Below are positions 36,337 through 48,959 of a stretch of DNA of 64,000 nt, one piece after another. Under the pieces are notes generated by a model that did no database searches, had not been told where the DNA came from, and was given only the letters and a program-made list of their open reading frames with translations. Source of the stretch: the human T2T-CHM13v2.0 reference genome, Homo sapiens. Position 1 is the first letter of the stretch; each line of letters begins with the position of its first letter. The DNA lies in assembly GCF_009914755.1 (NCBI RefSeq), contig NC_060927.1; one strand, written 5' to 3'. The position numbers were made by a program, and so were the translations under genes.

Positions 36337-36828
36337 TGTATTAGTCAAGGTTCTCCAGAGAAACAGAACCAACAGATTAGATATAGATATAGATGCCCTG
36401 AGAGAAATTTATTTTAAGAAGTTGGCTCATGCAATTATGGAGGCTAAATCTCACAATCTGCCAACTGCAAGCTGGAGACCCAGGTAAGCTGGTGGCATAG
36501 TTTGAAGGCCAGAAAGCCAGGGAGCCAATGGTATGGATGCCAGTTTGAGTTTGAAGGTCTGAGTACCAAGAGTGCCAAGGAAGGGAGAAGATCAATATCT
36601 CAACTCAAGCAGTCAGGCAGAGCAAGAACTCAACCTTCCTGTGCCTTTTTGTTCTTTCTATTGAGGCCCTTAACGGATCATGCCCACCCACACTGGGGAG
36701 GGCCATCTGCTTTATTTAGCCCACCAATTCAAATTCTAATCTCTCACAGACACATCCAGAAGTAATGTTTAACCAGATATCTGGGCACCCTTTGCCTAGT
36801 CAAGTTGACATGTAAAATTAACCACCAC
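36337..36828 (-). mobile_element. MLT2 (ERV-L) LTR
   Basis: tgtattagtcaaggttctccagagaaacagaacc...caagttgacatgtaaaattaaccaccac. Confidence 0.85.
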
Positions 36829-38249
36829 GATAAAGGTAGATTAGTTTCCAAAATTCAACAAGGTCTTACATCTTCACCACTCCTGTACCTAGAATTTAGC
36901 CCAAAACAATGAAACCCTTCCTTTTTTTATTATTTTGAAAATTACATAGGCCATTAAGTTGGAATCCCATTCTAGAAACCTGGAGGTTTTCTGTGGAAGG
37001 GAGGTCAGAATAGAACAGCTTGTACAGGAGTGAAGGGGAAAACACAGCTCAGCCACAGAGGCCCATTCACTAACCCTTACTTGTATGAGCTCATCTGTTT
37101 TTCTTGTACTTTCATTCAATATATGACCACTGGTGCCAGGTAATGTGCCAGGAGCTACAGAGAGCTATAGAGTGTACTGAGAACACTCCAACACTGGCAT
37201 CAGCCATCTCTGACCTTATAATCTGTTTTTCTTCACAGTATCTTTAATAATGGAAATTGTTTATTGTTTATCTCTTCCACTAAAAGGTAAGCTGTATGAG
37301 AACAAGGCCTGTGTTTTTCTTCATCACCATTCTATCCCCAGCACATAGTAAGTATTCTTATGCTAAATGAGAGGATGAATGAATGAATGAATGAATGGAG
37401 ATCTGACTTCTATTCTCCTTGTTGCCACTGTTTGGGTGGAAAGACATTGGGGCCATCCATCAGACTGGGGAACCCAGGAGGAATAGGTTTATGGGGACAG
37501 GGAGATGAAGTCTGCAACTCCCTGTTTGGCGGATAATCAGTTGAAATGTTAATTGACTTAATTTTTTCCCTCTGTCCTGCCATGTAGGAGTCCCTTACCT
37601 ATTCAGTTAGAGGCAGTTCAGGAAAAATCTGGCATTGTTGCAGCAGGAACGCAAGGAGAATAAAACAATATTTAGTTCTAATATCCAAATAAGATTCCTA
37701 AAACTGCACATCAGAAATAAGTTTTTAAAACCAAGATGTTGATTAACAAAAGCCAATAAAAGGAACAAGTGATTTTTTTTAAATTAACATTATAATGGAA
37801 AGAAAATAATATAAGAGGGGATTCGGTCTGGGACTGGGGAGAGACCTGAGGACCACAGGAGAAATGAAGAAGCATGAGGAGGGAGGACCTTTGTGAGGAC
37901 TTTTTGAACTGGGGAGACCACAAAGCGAGGAGGTGGAACACAGATGTGGAGTGTGTCCAGCTTCCCACATGTGCATGCATTATCATCACCAGTGCACGAG
38001 TTTGTGTCAGTGGCCCAAGACCACCCCTTACAATTCAAGTGCACACTCCTGTAGCCAGGAGCCAACTGTTGAGGGTCTTCTTTTGACAGCTGCCTGCAGC
38101 CTGCCCTTGGTCAACCAACAAGGGAGAATTCATCTATGACCTGAGGTAGGCACAGCCCAACCAAACCACCCTATGTAACAAACCACCTTTACAATAGTCT
38201 AGGTCATCTGCAAGCCTAAAATAAGAAAGTGGCCCTGGTGTTCTGGAGA

Positions 38250-38750
38250 GCAAGCCGTTCTCAAAACATGATGTGGGGACTCCTGGAACCCCTTCAGGTG
38301 CTCTGTGAAGCCCAAACTATTTTCACAATAATTTCACAAACTATTTTCTTAAAGAACTAAGATTTTCTTTTCCTCCCTTATTCTCATTCTCATATGAGTG
38401 TATAGAGGCTACATATTTGTCATATCCCAACAGATTAAATGCAAAAGAATATATAGCAATCCAGCCAACTCCCATTAACCAGTCTCTAAGGAGATTTACA
38501 AAAAAGTAAAATGGTACCACTCTTCTAACTAATCTTTGGTTTTGAAAAATACAGTTATTTTCATTTTAAAATGTTGTAAATAATGTAAATACTAACATAT
38601 AATGAAGTTATTATTGCATTTGAATGAATTAATGGATATTTTAAAATGTCTATCTTACTTATAAGTGAACACCAATAAGTTCTTTGCAGTCCTGAATAGT
38701 TTTTAGGGGTGTCAAGAGTTTTTGACTAAAGAGCTTGAGAACCTCTGATC
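38250..38750. mobile_element. hAT-Charlie element
   Basis: ccgttctcaaa...ggggactcctgg...ttgagaacctctg termini. Confidence 0.55.
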
Positions 38751-38939
38751 TAGAAGGACGGAATTGTGAAAGTAAAAACACAACAACAACAACAACAACA
38801 ACCAACTCTGCACTTGGGTGAGAATGAACAGAACCAGAAGAAGACAGTTTGAAGCCAGTATAGTAGAGAAAACCTGCCTATTGCACCTGCTAAACTGCAA
38901 ACACCCAAAGGGCTCATGTCTAGCCTACTTGCATCTAAC

Positions 38940-39370
38940 TCGCTGCCTGACATTCAGTTGGTGCAAAATGAATATTTGTTCCATCAGTATCTATACAACT
39001 TGAGATGTGCTGAGCTTGAGGTGTCTGTGAGATATCTAGGGAGAGACAAGTAGGGAGACAAATGCATGGAGTTGGAATTCACTGAAGTAGATATACAGAT
39101 GTGGAAATCATCAGCTTATGAGAGGTGGGTGAAGCAAGGAGTCAGTGAGCTCATCTAGAGAGGGAGGGTGTTAAAAACGAAGTGAAAAGGTCAGGGAAAC
39201 CCTGGGGAACACTAACATTTAAGAGGTGGATGGAGGAAAAGATCAGCCCATTTTGAGAGCCCAGATGTTTGATGCTATGTACTAGGAAAGTTGTGTCAAA
39301 GAAGTAGAACTGACAAAGTATGTTATTACTGAAGTCAAGACAGAAGAGAAGTGCAATAAATTAAGAGTGG
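38940..39370. mobile_element. L2 fragment
   Basis: gagcttgaggtgtctgtgagatatctagg...ccctggggaacactaacatttaagagg. Confidence 0.65.
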
Positions 39371-39462
39371 TCCTGTGACAAGCACCGTAGCTTGGCTCAC
39401 CCAACATCTTTTCTAACTCTCTTTCTCCTGAACTTCCTTCATTTCAAAAGTCTAGCTATTGT

Positions 39463-39747
39463 AGCTGGGTGTGGTGGCTCATGCCTGTAATCCCAGCACT
39501 TTGGGGGCTCAGGTGGAAGGATCTTTTGAGCCCAGGAGTTTGAGACCAGCCTGGGCAACATGTGAGACTGCATTTCTACAATTTTTTTTCTTCAATTAGC
39601 CAGGTGTGGTGGCACACGCCTGTAATCTCAGCTACTTGGGAGGCTGAGGTGGAGGGATCATTTGGGCTGGGGAGGTCGAGGCTGCAGTGAGCCATGATCA
39701 TGCCACTGCACTCCAGTCTGGGCAACAGAGCAAGATCCTGTCTCCAA
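39463..39747 (+). mobile_element. AluJ
   Basis: Diverged Alu dimer. Confidence 0.93.
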
Positions 39748-39756
39748 ATGGACATA

Positions 39757-39962
39757 GTGGCTGTCCAATATGGTAGCCACTAGCCACATTTGGCTATTTA
39801 AATTCAAATTAATTTAAGTCAAATAATATCAGAAATGCAGCTTTTCAGTCATACTAGCCAGGTTTCAAGTGTTGTCACCACATGTGGCTAGAAGCTGTTT
39901 TATTAGAGCAAGTATAGAACGTTTTCATCATCACAGAAAGTTTTATTGGACAAAGCTGCTCT
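39757..39962. mobile_element. MER3-type hAT element
   Basis: gctgtccaata...tagccactagccacat...ttttattggacaaagc. Confidence 0.75.
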
Positions 39963-40299
39963 AGAGGTTGGAAACCTAAAATGGTCTCCCAGATTCTCTT
40001 GGAACTAGAAGTGGCCAAATGCACAGTTCTAATGTGTAGGAGAAAGTCCTTGGTGAGGCATCTCTTACCCAATAGGTTTTTTTTTTTATTAAAAAAAAAA
40101 AAAAGTCTATAGACGGGGTGTTGCTGTGTTGCTCAGGCTAGAGTGCAGTGGCTATTCACAGGCACAATCATGGTGCACTGCAGCCTTATGAACTCAAGTG
40201 ATCATCCTGCCTCAGCCTCCAGAGTAGCTGAGATTATAGGTACATGCCACTGCACCCCACTCAAATGTATATATAACTGCACCCCACTTAAATGTATAT

Positions 40300-40512
40300 A
40301 TAACTCACATTTATTTCAATGCTTAATATTAGCAATGTTTGGGGTCTTTATTTAAAATTTTGGTGAAGGTTTTGTGACCAGAAATATGCCGTAGGAACTT
40401 AACTCGTTTATATCAATTAGCCTATGGCAAAATTGGTGGTTATATATCATTTAACTTAAAGTCACAGCTTCCAAGAACCTATCAATGACTTTAAGTGAGG
40501 GCTTCCCCTGTA
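40300..40512. mobile_element. MER82-like Tigger fragment
   Basis: cttaaagtcacagcttccaagaacctatcaatgactttaagtgagg terminus. Confidence 0.55.
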
Positions 40513-41709
40513 CATATATTTTTATTTTACATATATCATATATATTTTTATTTTTATACTATATTATATAACTTTATCATATTATTACATATTGTCTTGT
40601 ATATAATATGCAAACGTTCTATATATGATGTTTCTCTGGAGAATGCTAATACAAATATGTGTATGTAATAACCGGCTGAACTAATGAAGCTGACTCTAGA
40701 AATTGCTTGGTATAATGTAAACTGGAGGAAGGAATCCAAAGCCATAGACAGAAGCCAGCTATGACATGTTTGTTTTCCAAATAGTGCTTGCAGAAATCTT
40801 TAGAGGTTGGTATTTGCCAAGGGTTTTGAGACTGGAGGACATCGCAGCAGAGCAGAATTGTTTGGAATGGGTTGGATGACTAGGATTAGTGAGATGAAAC
40901 AGAATTCTAGTGATAGGGCTAGAAAAGTCCTAAAAGAAAGTATACATAAAGTCATTGGGGGTGTTTCTTTTAGAGAAGAGTTGTAGCATTAATCCTAGTC
41001 CAAGAAGCAGAGAGGAAACAAGCCAAATTCCAATACATAACTGACCTTTTCCCATAGAGTAGTTTCTACTAGAGCTTTACTCTCCAAGCCTTATTTTTCA
41101 TCCCTCTCAGTAAACTTGATGCCAATGACTGAAAAAAAAAAAAAAAAAAAAAAAAAGCCGTCTTTTCTAATCCTAAACAATATTTAGGGAAATATCACAG
41201 AATTTTCTTCATGGTTATCACCTTTCTTCATAGTTATCACCTTTCCAAGTTCTGACAGCTTCTGGGGTGAAAGAAGCCAGAAATGACAGGGAATTAGGAT
41301 GAAAGGGAAACAGGCTCAACCCATTTCAGGTGAGCAACCCCTGGGGCTAGGCTTATTCCAGACCTTACTAGTAGAAGGAAAAAGGAAGCAATATTCCTGT
41401 CCCCCTTTAATTGGGGAAAACCAGCCTGGCCCTCCAGAACGCTTACAGTGAGGGAAGATGAAACATCCCCTCACTTTGGGAGTTCTGCACACTTAATTTG
41501 TAGAAACATTTGTGTGTGGAGCATTGGTGTTATTGGGCATGGGGCAATCTTCTAGATACTATTAGAAGATATGGGCTTAGCCACAGAAGAGTTCTAAGGG
41601 CATATGGTGGCATCCTGGAGGCCTCATAGGTGAAGGGAATTTAAAAATTCACTAGGGTATCAGCTTCTCCTTGGCTGTTGTCCATTGTTTAAGTAAGAAA
41701 TAATGAATG

Positions 41710-42041
<332 letters not shown>

Positions 42042-43855
42042 CTAAATTGATGGGAGAACCAATCACCAGGGGACATTATGGTGGCTTAAGTTCACACAAA
42101 TTGTATGCATCTAGAGATTGAATCACTGTTTTTGTTAATTTCCTACATCCTATAACAGGAAACAACTTGTACTGAAATAATGACTCCCACCCTTACCCAG
42201 CAATTTGATCATGTTGTTCCCTCTGCCAGAAATGCTCTTCCCTCTTCCTCAAGGCCCAACTCAGTGCTATTCCCTTTTAAGTTGCCTCTAGATTAATCCC
42301 TTGTTTGGCTCTCTGAACTTCTCTTATGTTGGGTATCACATACCGACTTTGTTGGAGTCACTGGTATCTACCTGCCCTTGCCTTTGATATTTCCAAGGTC
42401 CAGGGCTTACTGCCTTCTCCCTGGAATTCAGTTTTTTTGCATAGATGTCTTCGGTAAGTGATGATGTATAGTGCTTAACAGGATGTGTCAAAGTTCTCAC
42501 CTTACCTCACTGAATCCTCCCAACTCTGAGAGGGTAGCAGGCATGGATACTTTTTCCATTTCACAAAGAAAGAAACTTAAGACTCACAGTGTATATGTAA
42601 CTTGTTCAAGGTATCAATCCCAGCTGGTATGTGGCAGAGCTAGATTCTGCCATATTTACAGGCTGGAAAGAAACTCCAGTGTATGTTTGAGACCCTTCTG
42701 GAAGAATCTGGATTTCAAATCTGAGGCCCGACAAAACCCAGAAACGAATAGATTACAACCTATGATGTCAAGCTTATTATTTCCAAGAAAAAAATCGTGC
42801 TTTTGGAGAATCAAGCTCACAGAATTCTGGCCCAAAAACAGACAAGGTCCCTACAGTGAGGGGCAGGAGACCTGGGTTACTCTCTCTCCATGGACCTGTT
42901 TCCCCACCTGTAAAATAGGAAGGTAGTGACTGGATTAGCAACTCTAAGGATCCTCCCTGCATGCATGCTAACAACTGGTATATGGGAGTTGTGGGTAGGC
43001 TGGCCTGAAAATACTCCTTTCCCTTCACAGATTTGTAGCAGGAAGGGCCAGAAGCCGAGCTCTAGGGCCATTGGGGAGATTGGGAAAAGGACAACAGACC
43101 CCAGGACAGGGATTTAGTCAGGGCAGAGTACCAGGAGTAGGATGGCTCTACCCTCCTTGCCCCACCCCTGGAAGAACAATGTGTAGAACCCCCAGGAAGG
43201 AAGCACTTAGAGCAGGGGTGGTACTGGGTTAGGAGCCAGAGGCCCACAGGGTCCCAGATGCCATTGCTAATGCACTCAGTCCCCAGCAGGTCACCGCTGT
43301 TCTTTAGGCCTATCTGTCCACCTGTCATTGCATCTGGAGTTGGTTCCCTCCACTGGGTTCTTGGTCTTGCTGACTTCAAGAATGAAGCCGCGGACCTTTG
43401 CGGTGAGTGTTACAGCTCTTAAAGGTGGCACAGACCCAAAGAGTGAGCCGCAGCAAGATTTCTTGTGAAGAGTGAAAGAACAAAGCTTCCACAGTATGGA
43501 AGGTAACCCAAGCAGGTTGCTGCTTCTGGCTGGGGTGGCCAGCTTTTATCTCCTTATTTGTCCCTGCCCATGTCTTGCTGATTGGTCCATTTTACAAAGT
43601 GCTGATTGGTGCATTTACAATCCTCTAGCTAGACTCAGAGCACTGACTGGTACGTTTTAACAGAGTGCTGACTGGTGCATTTACAATCCTTTAGCTAGAC
43701 ACAGAGTGCTGATTGGTGCATTTACAATCCTCTAGCTAGACAGAAAAGTTCTCCAAGTCCCCACTCGACCCAGGAAGTCCAGCTGGCTTCATCTCTCAAT
43801 CCTCCCCTCTAAGCAGGACCCCCCAACTGCTGCTGGGAATTGGGTGATGACCGCT

Positions 43856-44440
43856 CTAGCTAATTCCTGCTGGATAGGGGTAAAGAAGGGGATCTGCAGT
43901 GGTAGTGTCCTCCAGAGGGGAAATCTCTAGGCCAGACAGAGGGCCAGTGGGTCGATCCAGGGGTCCTAGGTAGAAGTTGTTAGTTGAGCTCCTTTGGGAT
44001 TCCATTTGTAAGACCATCTGTAGCTTGACGGCCTTAATCCTGGAGGAAACAAATTTGATAAGGAGGTTAAAAATACAGGGCCTGAAGGCGAGTAATAGCA
44101 AGATGGCTGACATGGAATCTAGAAAGGGGAGAAGCCATGTCACCCAACTCCAGAGGTTGGTATAAGAGTTTGAAAGGCGTTGTCTGATTTTAGAAGCCTT
44201 TTCCTGTTAATGCCAGGCAATGTCTTGTACTATCCTTGACTGGTTAGTGTAAAAGCAACACTCTTCTCCTAAGAAGGTGCAAAGTCCTCCTTTCTCAGCA
44301 GTGAGGAGATCTAGGCCTAGGCGGTTTTGGAGAGTCACTGCTGCCAAAGAGTCTATTTGGGATTGTAGAGTAAGGATAGATTTTGTTATTTCTTGCAAAC
44401 TGTCTGAGAAATCCTTTGAGAGTGCGTGGTAGTAGGGTAA
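43856..44440 (-). pseudogene. HERV9 env TM remnant
   Basis: LQNRLGLDLLTAEKGGLCTFLGEECC (immunosuppressive domain plus CX6CC), followed by a frameshifted anchor and tail. Confidence 0.9.
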
Positions 44441-45029
44441 TACATGTTACACTGTTAACTTTTAGCAAACTTTACTTTTGTTGAAAACCTTGTAAGTTTG
44501 GGATTTTAATTATTCTTTGCTATTAATAAGACCTCATTCAGTCCATATTAACTTAGAATTGGTATAGATGGCTCCTTCCTGATTCTGCAAGTACTTTAAG
44601 GTTCAGCTGAGTGCAAACAGCTTGCAGGTTTGAGCAGACCAATTACTAGGCAATTTTCCTAACTCTGCTTCTACAAGAGTTTCCTTATCACTTACTGAAT
44701 ACCCATTGTGTCTTTTCCACTTAATCACCCAGGAGGAACCATCTATCATCCTGTCCTGAAGGGAGTTCCTCCTAGGTCTGCTCTGAACTTTGTATGGTAA
44801 TTAAGATTCAGATCCCCTGTTAGGAAACCTGCTGGGTTAAGGATTTTTGATAGGAAGCCTATGGGTTGTCAGTGGCCTCAGTGCTTTCCGGCTACACCCT
44901 TGTTTACACTGACAACAAGGTGGTATTGGAGTGTTATAGAGTTATGGAGAAGACCTTCAATTATCAATTATAGGTTTTAACTTTACCCTGACTTTCAAAG
45001 GAATAGGGTACACTGTTTTTTCTTTACTA

Positions 45030-45310
45030 CTTCTCTCTCTTTCTCTCTTCCTCTTCATCTCTTCTCTCTCTCTTTTTCCTTCTCTTTGACTTTGTCTCTC
45101 TCTCTTTCTCTCTGACTCTCTTTGACTTTCTGTCTTTCCTCCCTCTCTCTGTCTCTCTGTCTTTTCCTCTCTCTCTCTGACTTTCTCTCTCTTTCTTTCC
45201 TTCTTTATTTCTTTCTTTCTCTGACTTTCTGTCTCTATTTCTTTTCTTCTCTCTTTGACTTTCTCTGCCTCTGCCAGCCACTTATGCTGCTGTTCTCCCT
45301 TCTCTTTCCC
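45030..45310. repeat. CT/GA-rich low-complexity tract inside the provirus
   Basis: Degenerate (CT)n with a repeated ctctgactttctg unit. Confidence 0.9.
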
Positions 45311-47507
45311 CTTTTGATGGCTTTGGCAGTGTAAGACTGCCACCTCCTTGGGTTTTTGCACTGCGTGCAATAACTCCATGATTTCCTTGTGGTATTTAAT
45401 GAGGGTTCCACCATTAAACGTTAGGAACTCCCTTTCTTTCCATATTGCAGCATGGGCATGTAGGATTAGATAAGCATACTTGCTATCTGTATACACATTT
45501 ATTCTTTTTCCCTTTCCCAGTTCTAAGGCTCGGGTAAGTGCCACTAGTTCTGCTAACTGGTCGCTGGTCCCTGAGGGAAGAGGCTTACTTTCAAGTACTG
45601 TTACATCACTAACTATGGCATAACCTGCTGTTTGTATCCCATTCTCCACAAATGAACTTCCGTTGGTATATAGGTTAGGGTCAGGATTAGCTAAGGGGAC
45701 TTCTAAGAGATCCTTTTGGGTGGCATAAGTCTGGACTATAATTTGTTGGCAGTCATGCTCGATTGATTCCCCATCCTCTGGGAGAAAAGTGGCAGGGTTG
45801 AGGGCCGCACACATGCGTATTTGAAGCACTGGTCCCTCAAGGAGTAGCACCTGGTATCTAAGCAGGCAGTTGTCTGATAGCCATAAGCTTCCTTTGATAC
45901 CTAGTATGCCATTTACGTCATGAGTAATCCAGTTGGCGAGATCCTTTCCTTGTATGATTTTGATAGCCTCTGACACTAAGATGGCCACTGCCGAAACTAC
46001 TCATAAACAGTGAGGCCAGCCTTTTGCTATTATATCAATTTCCTTACTTAGGTATGCCACTGGTTGTGGGGTTGTCCCACGAGTCTGAGTAAGGACTCCA
46101 AGAGCTATTCCTGCTCTCTCTGTGACATATAAACAGAAGTTTTGTCCTGTGGGAAGGCTTAAGGCTGGAGCTTGTACTAGGGCCTGCTTTAAGGTTTTGA
46201 ATGCTGTTTCTGTTTCTGGTTTCCATTCTACTAGATTAATATTTGCCCTCTGGGTCTCCTTGATTAGAGTATAGAGTGGCCTGGCCATCTCACTGTTTCC
46301 ATGGATCCATAGTTGGCAAAAGCCAGTCATTCCAAGGAACCCCTGCAATTATTTTAATGTCTTAGGGCAGGGATAAGCCAGTAGAGGCTGCATCCATTCC
46401 TCGCTGAGGGCCCTGGTTCCTCTGGCTAAGATTAGGCCTAGTTATTTGACTTGAGTTGGGCCTACTATTTAGTTGCCTTATACCCTTGATTAGCTAGAAA
46501 GTTCAAGAGATCTAGAGTAGCCTGCTGGCATGAGGCTTCTGAACTGGTAGCCAAAAGTAAATCATCCACATACTGAAGGACCAGAGTGCCTAGACTTGAG
46601 AAGTGGCCTAGATCTCGGGCCAGTACCTGACCAAACAGATGAGGGCTATCCCTAAACCCTCAGGGCAAGACCATCCACATAAGTTGGGACGTGTGGTCTG
46701 TGCAATCCTCAAAGACAAAGAGAAACTGGGCGTCAGAGTGCAGGGGAATAGAGAAGAAGGCATCCTTGAAGTCCAGAACTGTGAACCATTCTGCTTCCTC
46801 TGGTATTTGAGAGAGCAGGGTATAGGGGTTGCATACAACTGGATATAGAGGAATTACTGCCTCATTGATGAGTCTGAGATCTTGCACTAGTCTCCACTGA
46901 CTGTTCGGTTTTTGTACTCCTAGAATTGGGGTGTTGCACGGACTGCTGCATTTTCTTACTAAGCCTCAAGCTTTTAAATGTCTAACAATATCCTGTAATC
47001 CTTTATGAACTTCAGGCCTTAAGGGATATTGCCTTTGAGAAGGAAAAGTGGTGGGGTATTTTAGCCTGATTTGGACTGGGTGGGCATTTTTTGCCCTTCC
47101 GAATTGTCCTTTCAATGCCCATACTTCAGGGTTGATTCCCTCCTCAAGCAGGGGACAACAAATGGGTAACTTGTTCCCCATATTCATACAGATAATAGCT
47201 CCAGCTTTGGCTAATATGTCCCTCCCTAATAAGGGTATGGGACTTTCAGGCATAACAAGAAAGGCATGTGAAAAGAGCAAAGTCTCCCAATTACAACTGA
47301 GAAGGTGGGAGATATACCTGGTTACAGGCTGTCCCAAGATTCCTTGGATGGTAACGGACCTGAGGACTGCTGTCTGGGACAGGAGATTAACACTGAGAAA
47401 GCCATGCCAGTGTCCAGGAGGAAGTCAATTTCCTGGCCCTCAATGGTTAAACGTACCCAGGGCTCAGTGAGGGTGATGACATGAGCTGGTGCTTGCCCCG
47501 GGCACCC
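45310..47507 (-). pseudogene. HERV9 pro-pol remnant (protease, RT, RNase H)
   Basis: FLLDTG near 47415; QDLRLIN and FTVLDFKDAFF; YVDD at 46572-46561; RNase H LYTNGSS...AELVALTRAL...NVYTDSKYA. Split across frames. Confidence 0.9.
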
Positions 47508-48959
47508 TCAGTCCCGTTGTTGGATCACCTGGTTGGGGGCTTCTGGCCCAGAGAACCTTTGTCCTCTGGGGCAGTGCACCTTCCAGTGATTGCCTCAGCA
47601 TAGTGGACATGGGTGAGGAGGCAGCTTGTTTCTCATTGGACAATCTTTTTTAAAGTGTCCTTGCAAACCATGCTGATAACAAGCCCTACTGGGTGATTGG
47701 CCTGCTCCATTTTCTGTCCTCTCTGAACCACCAAGGTTTGTTTGTCTGAGGGCCACGACTAAGGCTGCGGCCTTCCTCTGATCTCACTTTTCCTTTTTGG
47801 CTTGTTCCTCTTGGTCCCTATTATAGAACACCGAGGTTGCCAGGTTTAATAATGCCTCCATATTTTGTTCATGGCCCAGGGCTCGCTTTTGGAGCTTTCT
47901 CCTGACATCTGGGGCTGACTGGGTAATAAACTTATATTTTAGGATCAATTGACCCTTGAGGGAGTCAGGTGACAGGGGAGTGTATTTTCTTAAGGCCTCC
48001 CGTAGCCGCTTGAGGAAGGCAGTAGGATTTTTCTTCCTTTCCCTGAGTTATGGTGGACATCATTGAATAATTCATGGGCTTTTTCTAATTCTCTTTAGTC
48101 CTTCCAGAACACAGGTCAGCAGATGTTTACGACTCCAGTTCCCATGATCTGAGTCTGGGTCCCAGTAGGGATCCATACTGGGGAAGGCTTGCTGACCAGC
48201 AGGGAATTTGTCCCTTTCTTTGGCTGTCATTCTATCATTTACTTGACTAAGATATCAGGTATCTCCAAACTCTCGGGCTGCAGCTAAGGCCGCATTCTTT
48301 CCATTAAAGGCCAGGGTTTGATCTAACAATAGCATGACATCTCTCCAAGTGAGGTCAAGGGTTTGCCCTAGACCCTGTAGGACATCTATGTACCTATCAG
48401 AATCATCTGAAAACTTCCCCAGATCTGCCTTAAATCAGAGAGGGAGAAGGGAACATGTACCTGGGTTGGGCCAAATTCCCCTCCCCCTACAGCTTGAAGG
48501 GGACATAACCGATAGCCTGGGGGTTTTTGTGGTCCTTTGGAGATTTCTTTATTTCCTTCTTGGCTGGGGAGATTAGAGGAGGCTTATCATTAATAGGAAG
48601 GGAAGCTATAGGGAGGCTAGGATATGGGGGTAAGCTGAGAGGTCCTCCTGTGGGATGTAAATTGCAAGCTTTGCATAGTTGTGGATTCTCCTTCAATGAA
48701 AAGAAAGCTTGGACATAATGTATTTCACTTAATTTGCCTTCCCTCTTTCAGAAAAGGTCAAACTGCAGGATAGGATAGTATTGTAATTTATACTTCCCTC
48801 AGGTGACCATTTTTCCCCATCAGAGAGAAAATATTGGGGCCAGGCCATAGTGCAGAAAAAAATAAGCCACTACTTTTTCAGGGTTTGTGGGTCAAATTGG
48901 TCCCAATGGCTTAGGATGCATTTCAAGGGTAAGTCTGTTGATGCCTGAGTGTTTCCCAT
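47508..48959 (-). pseudogene. HERV9 gag remnant
   Basis: MGNTQASTDLPLKCILSHWDQFDPQTLKK start; PPYP late motif; CCHC knuckle remnants; frameshifted. Confidence 0.85.

Noticed and set aside
35956-36417. 153-aa ORF, and similar ORFs at 42471-42926 and 31550-31960
   Set aside because: No domain features, and they run through MLT2, MIR or L2 sequence.
43570-43740. Array of ~40-bp repeats, also at 50460-50660 and 49010-49330
   Set aside because: These are intrinsic LTR12 and HERV9-leader tandem repeats, not CRISPR-like; there are no unique spacers.
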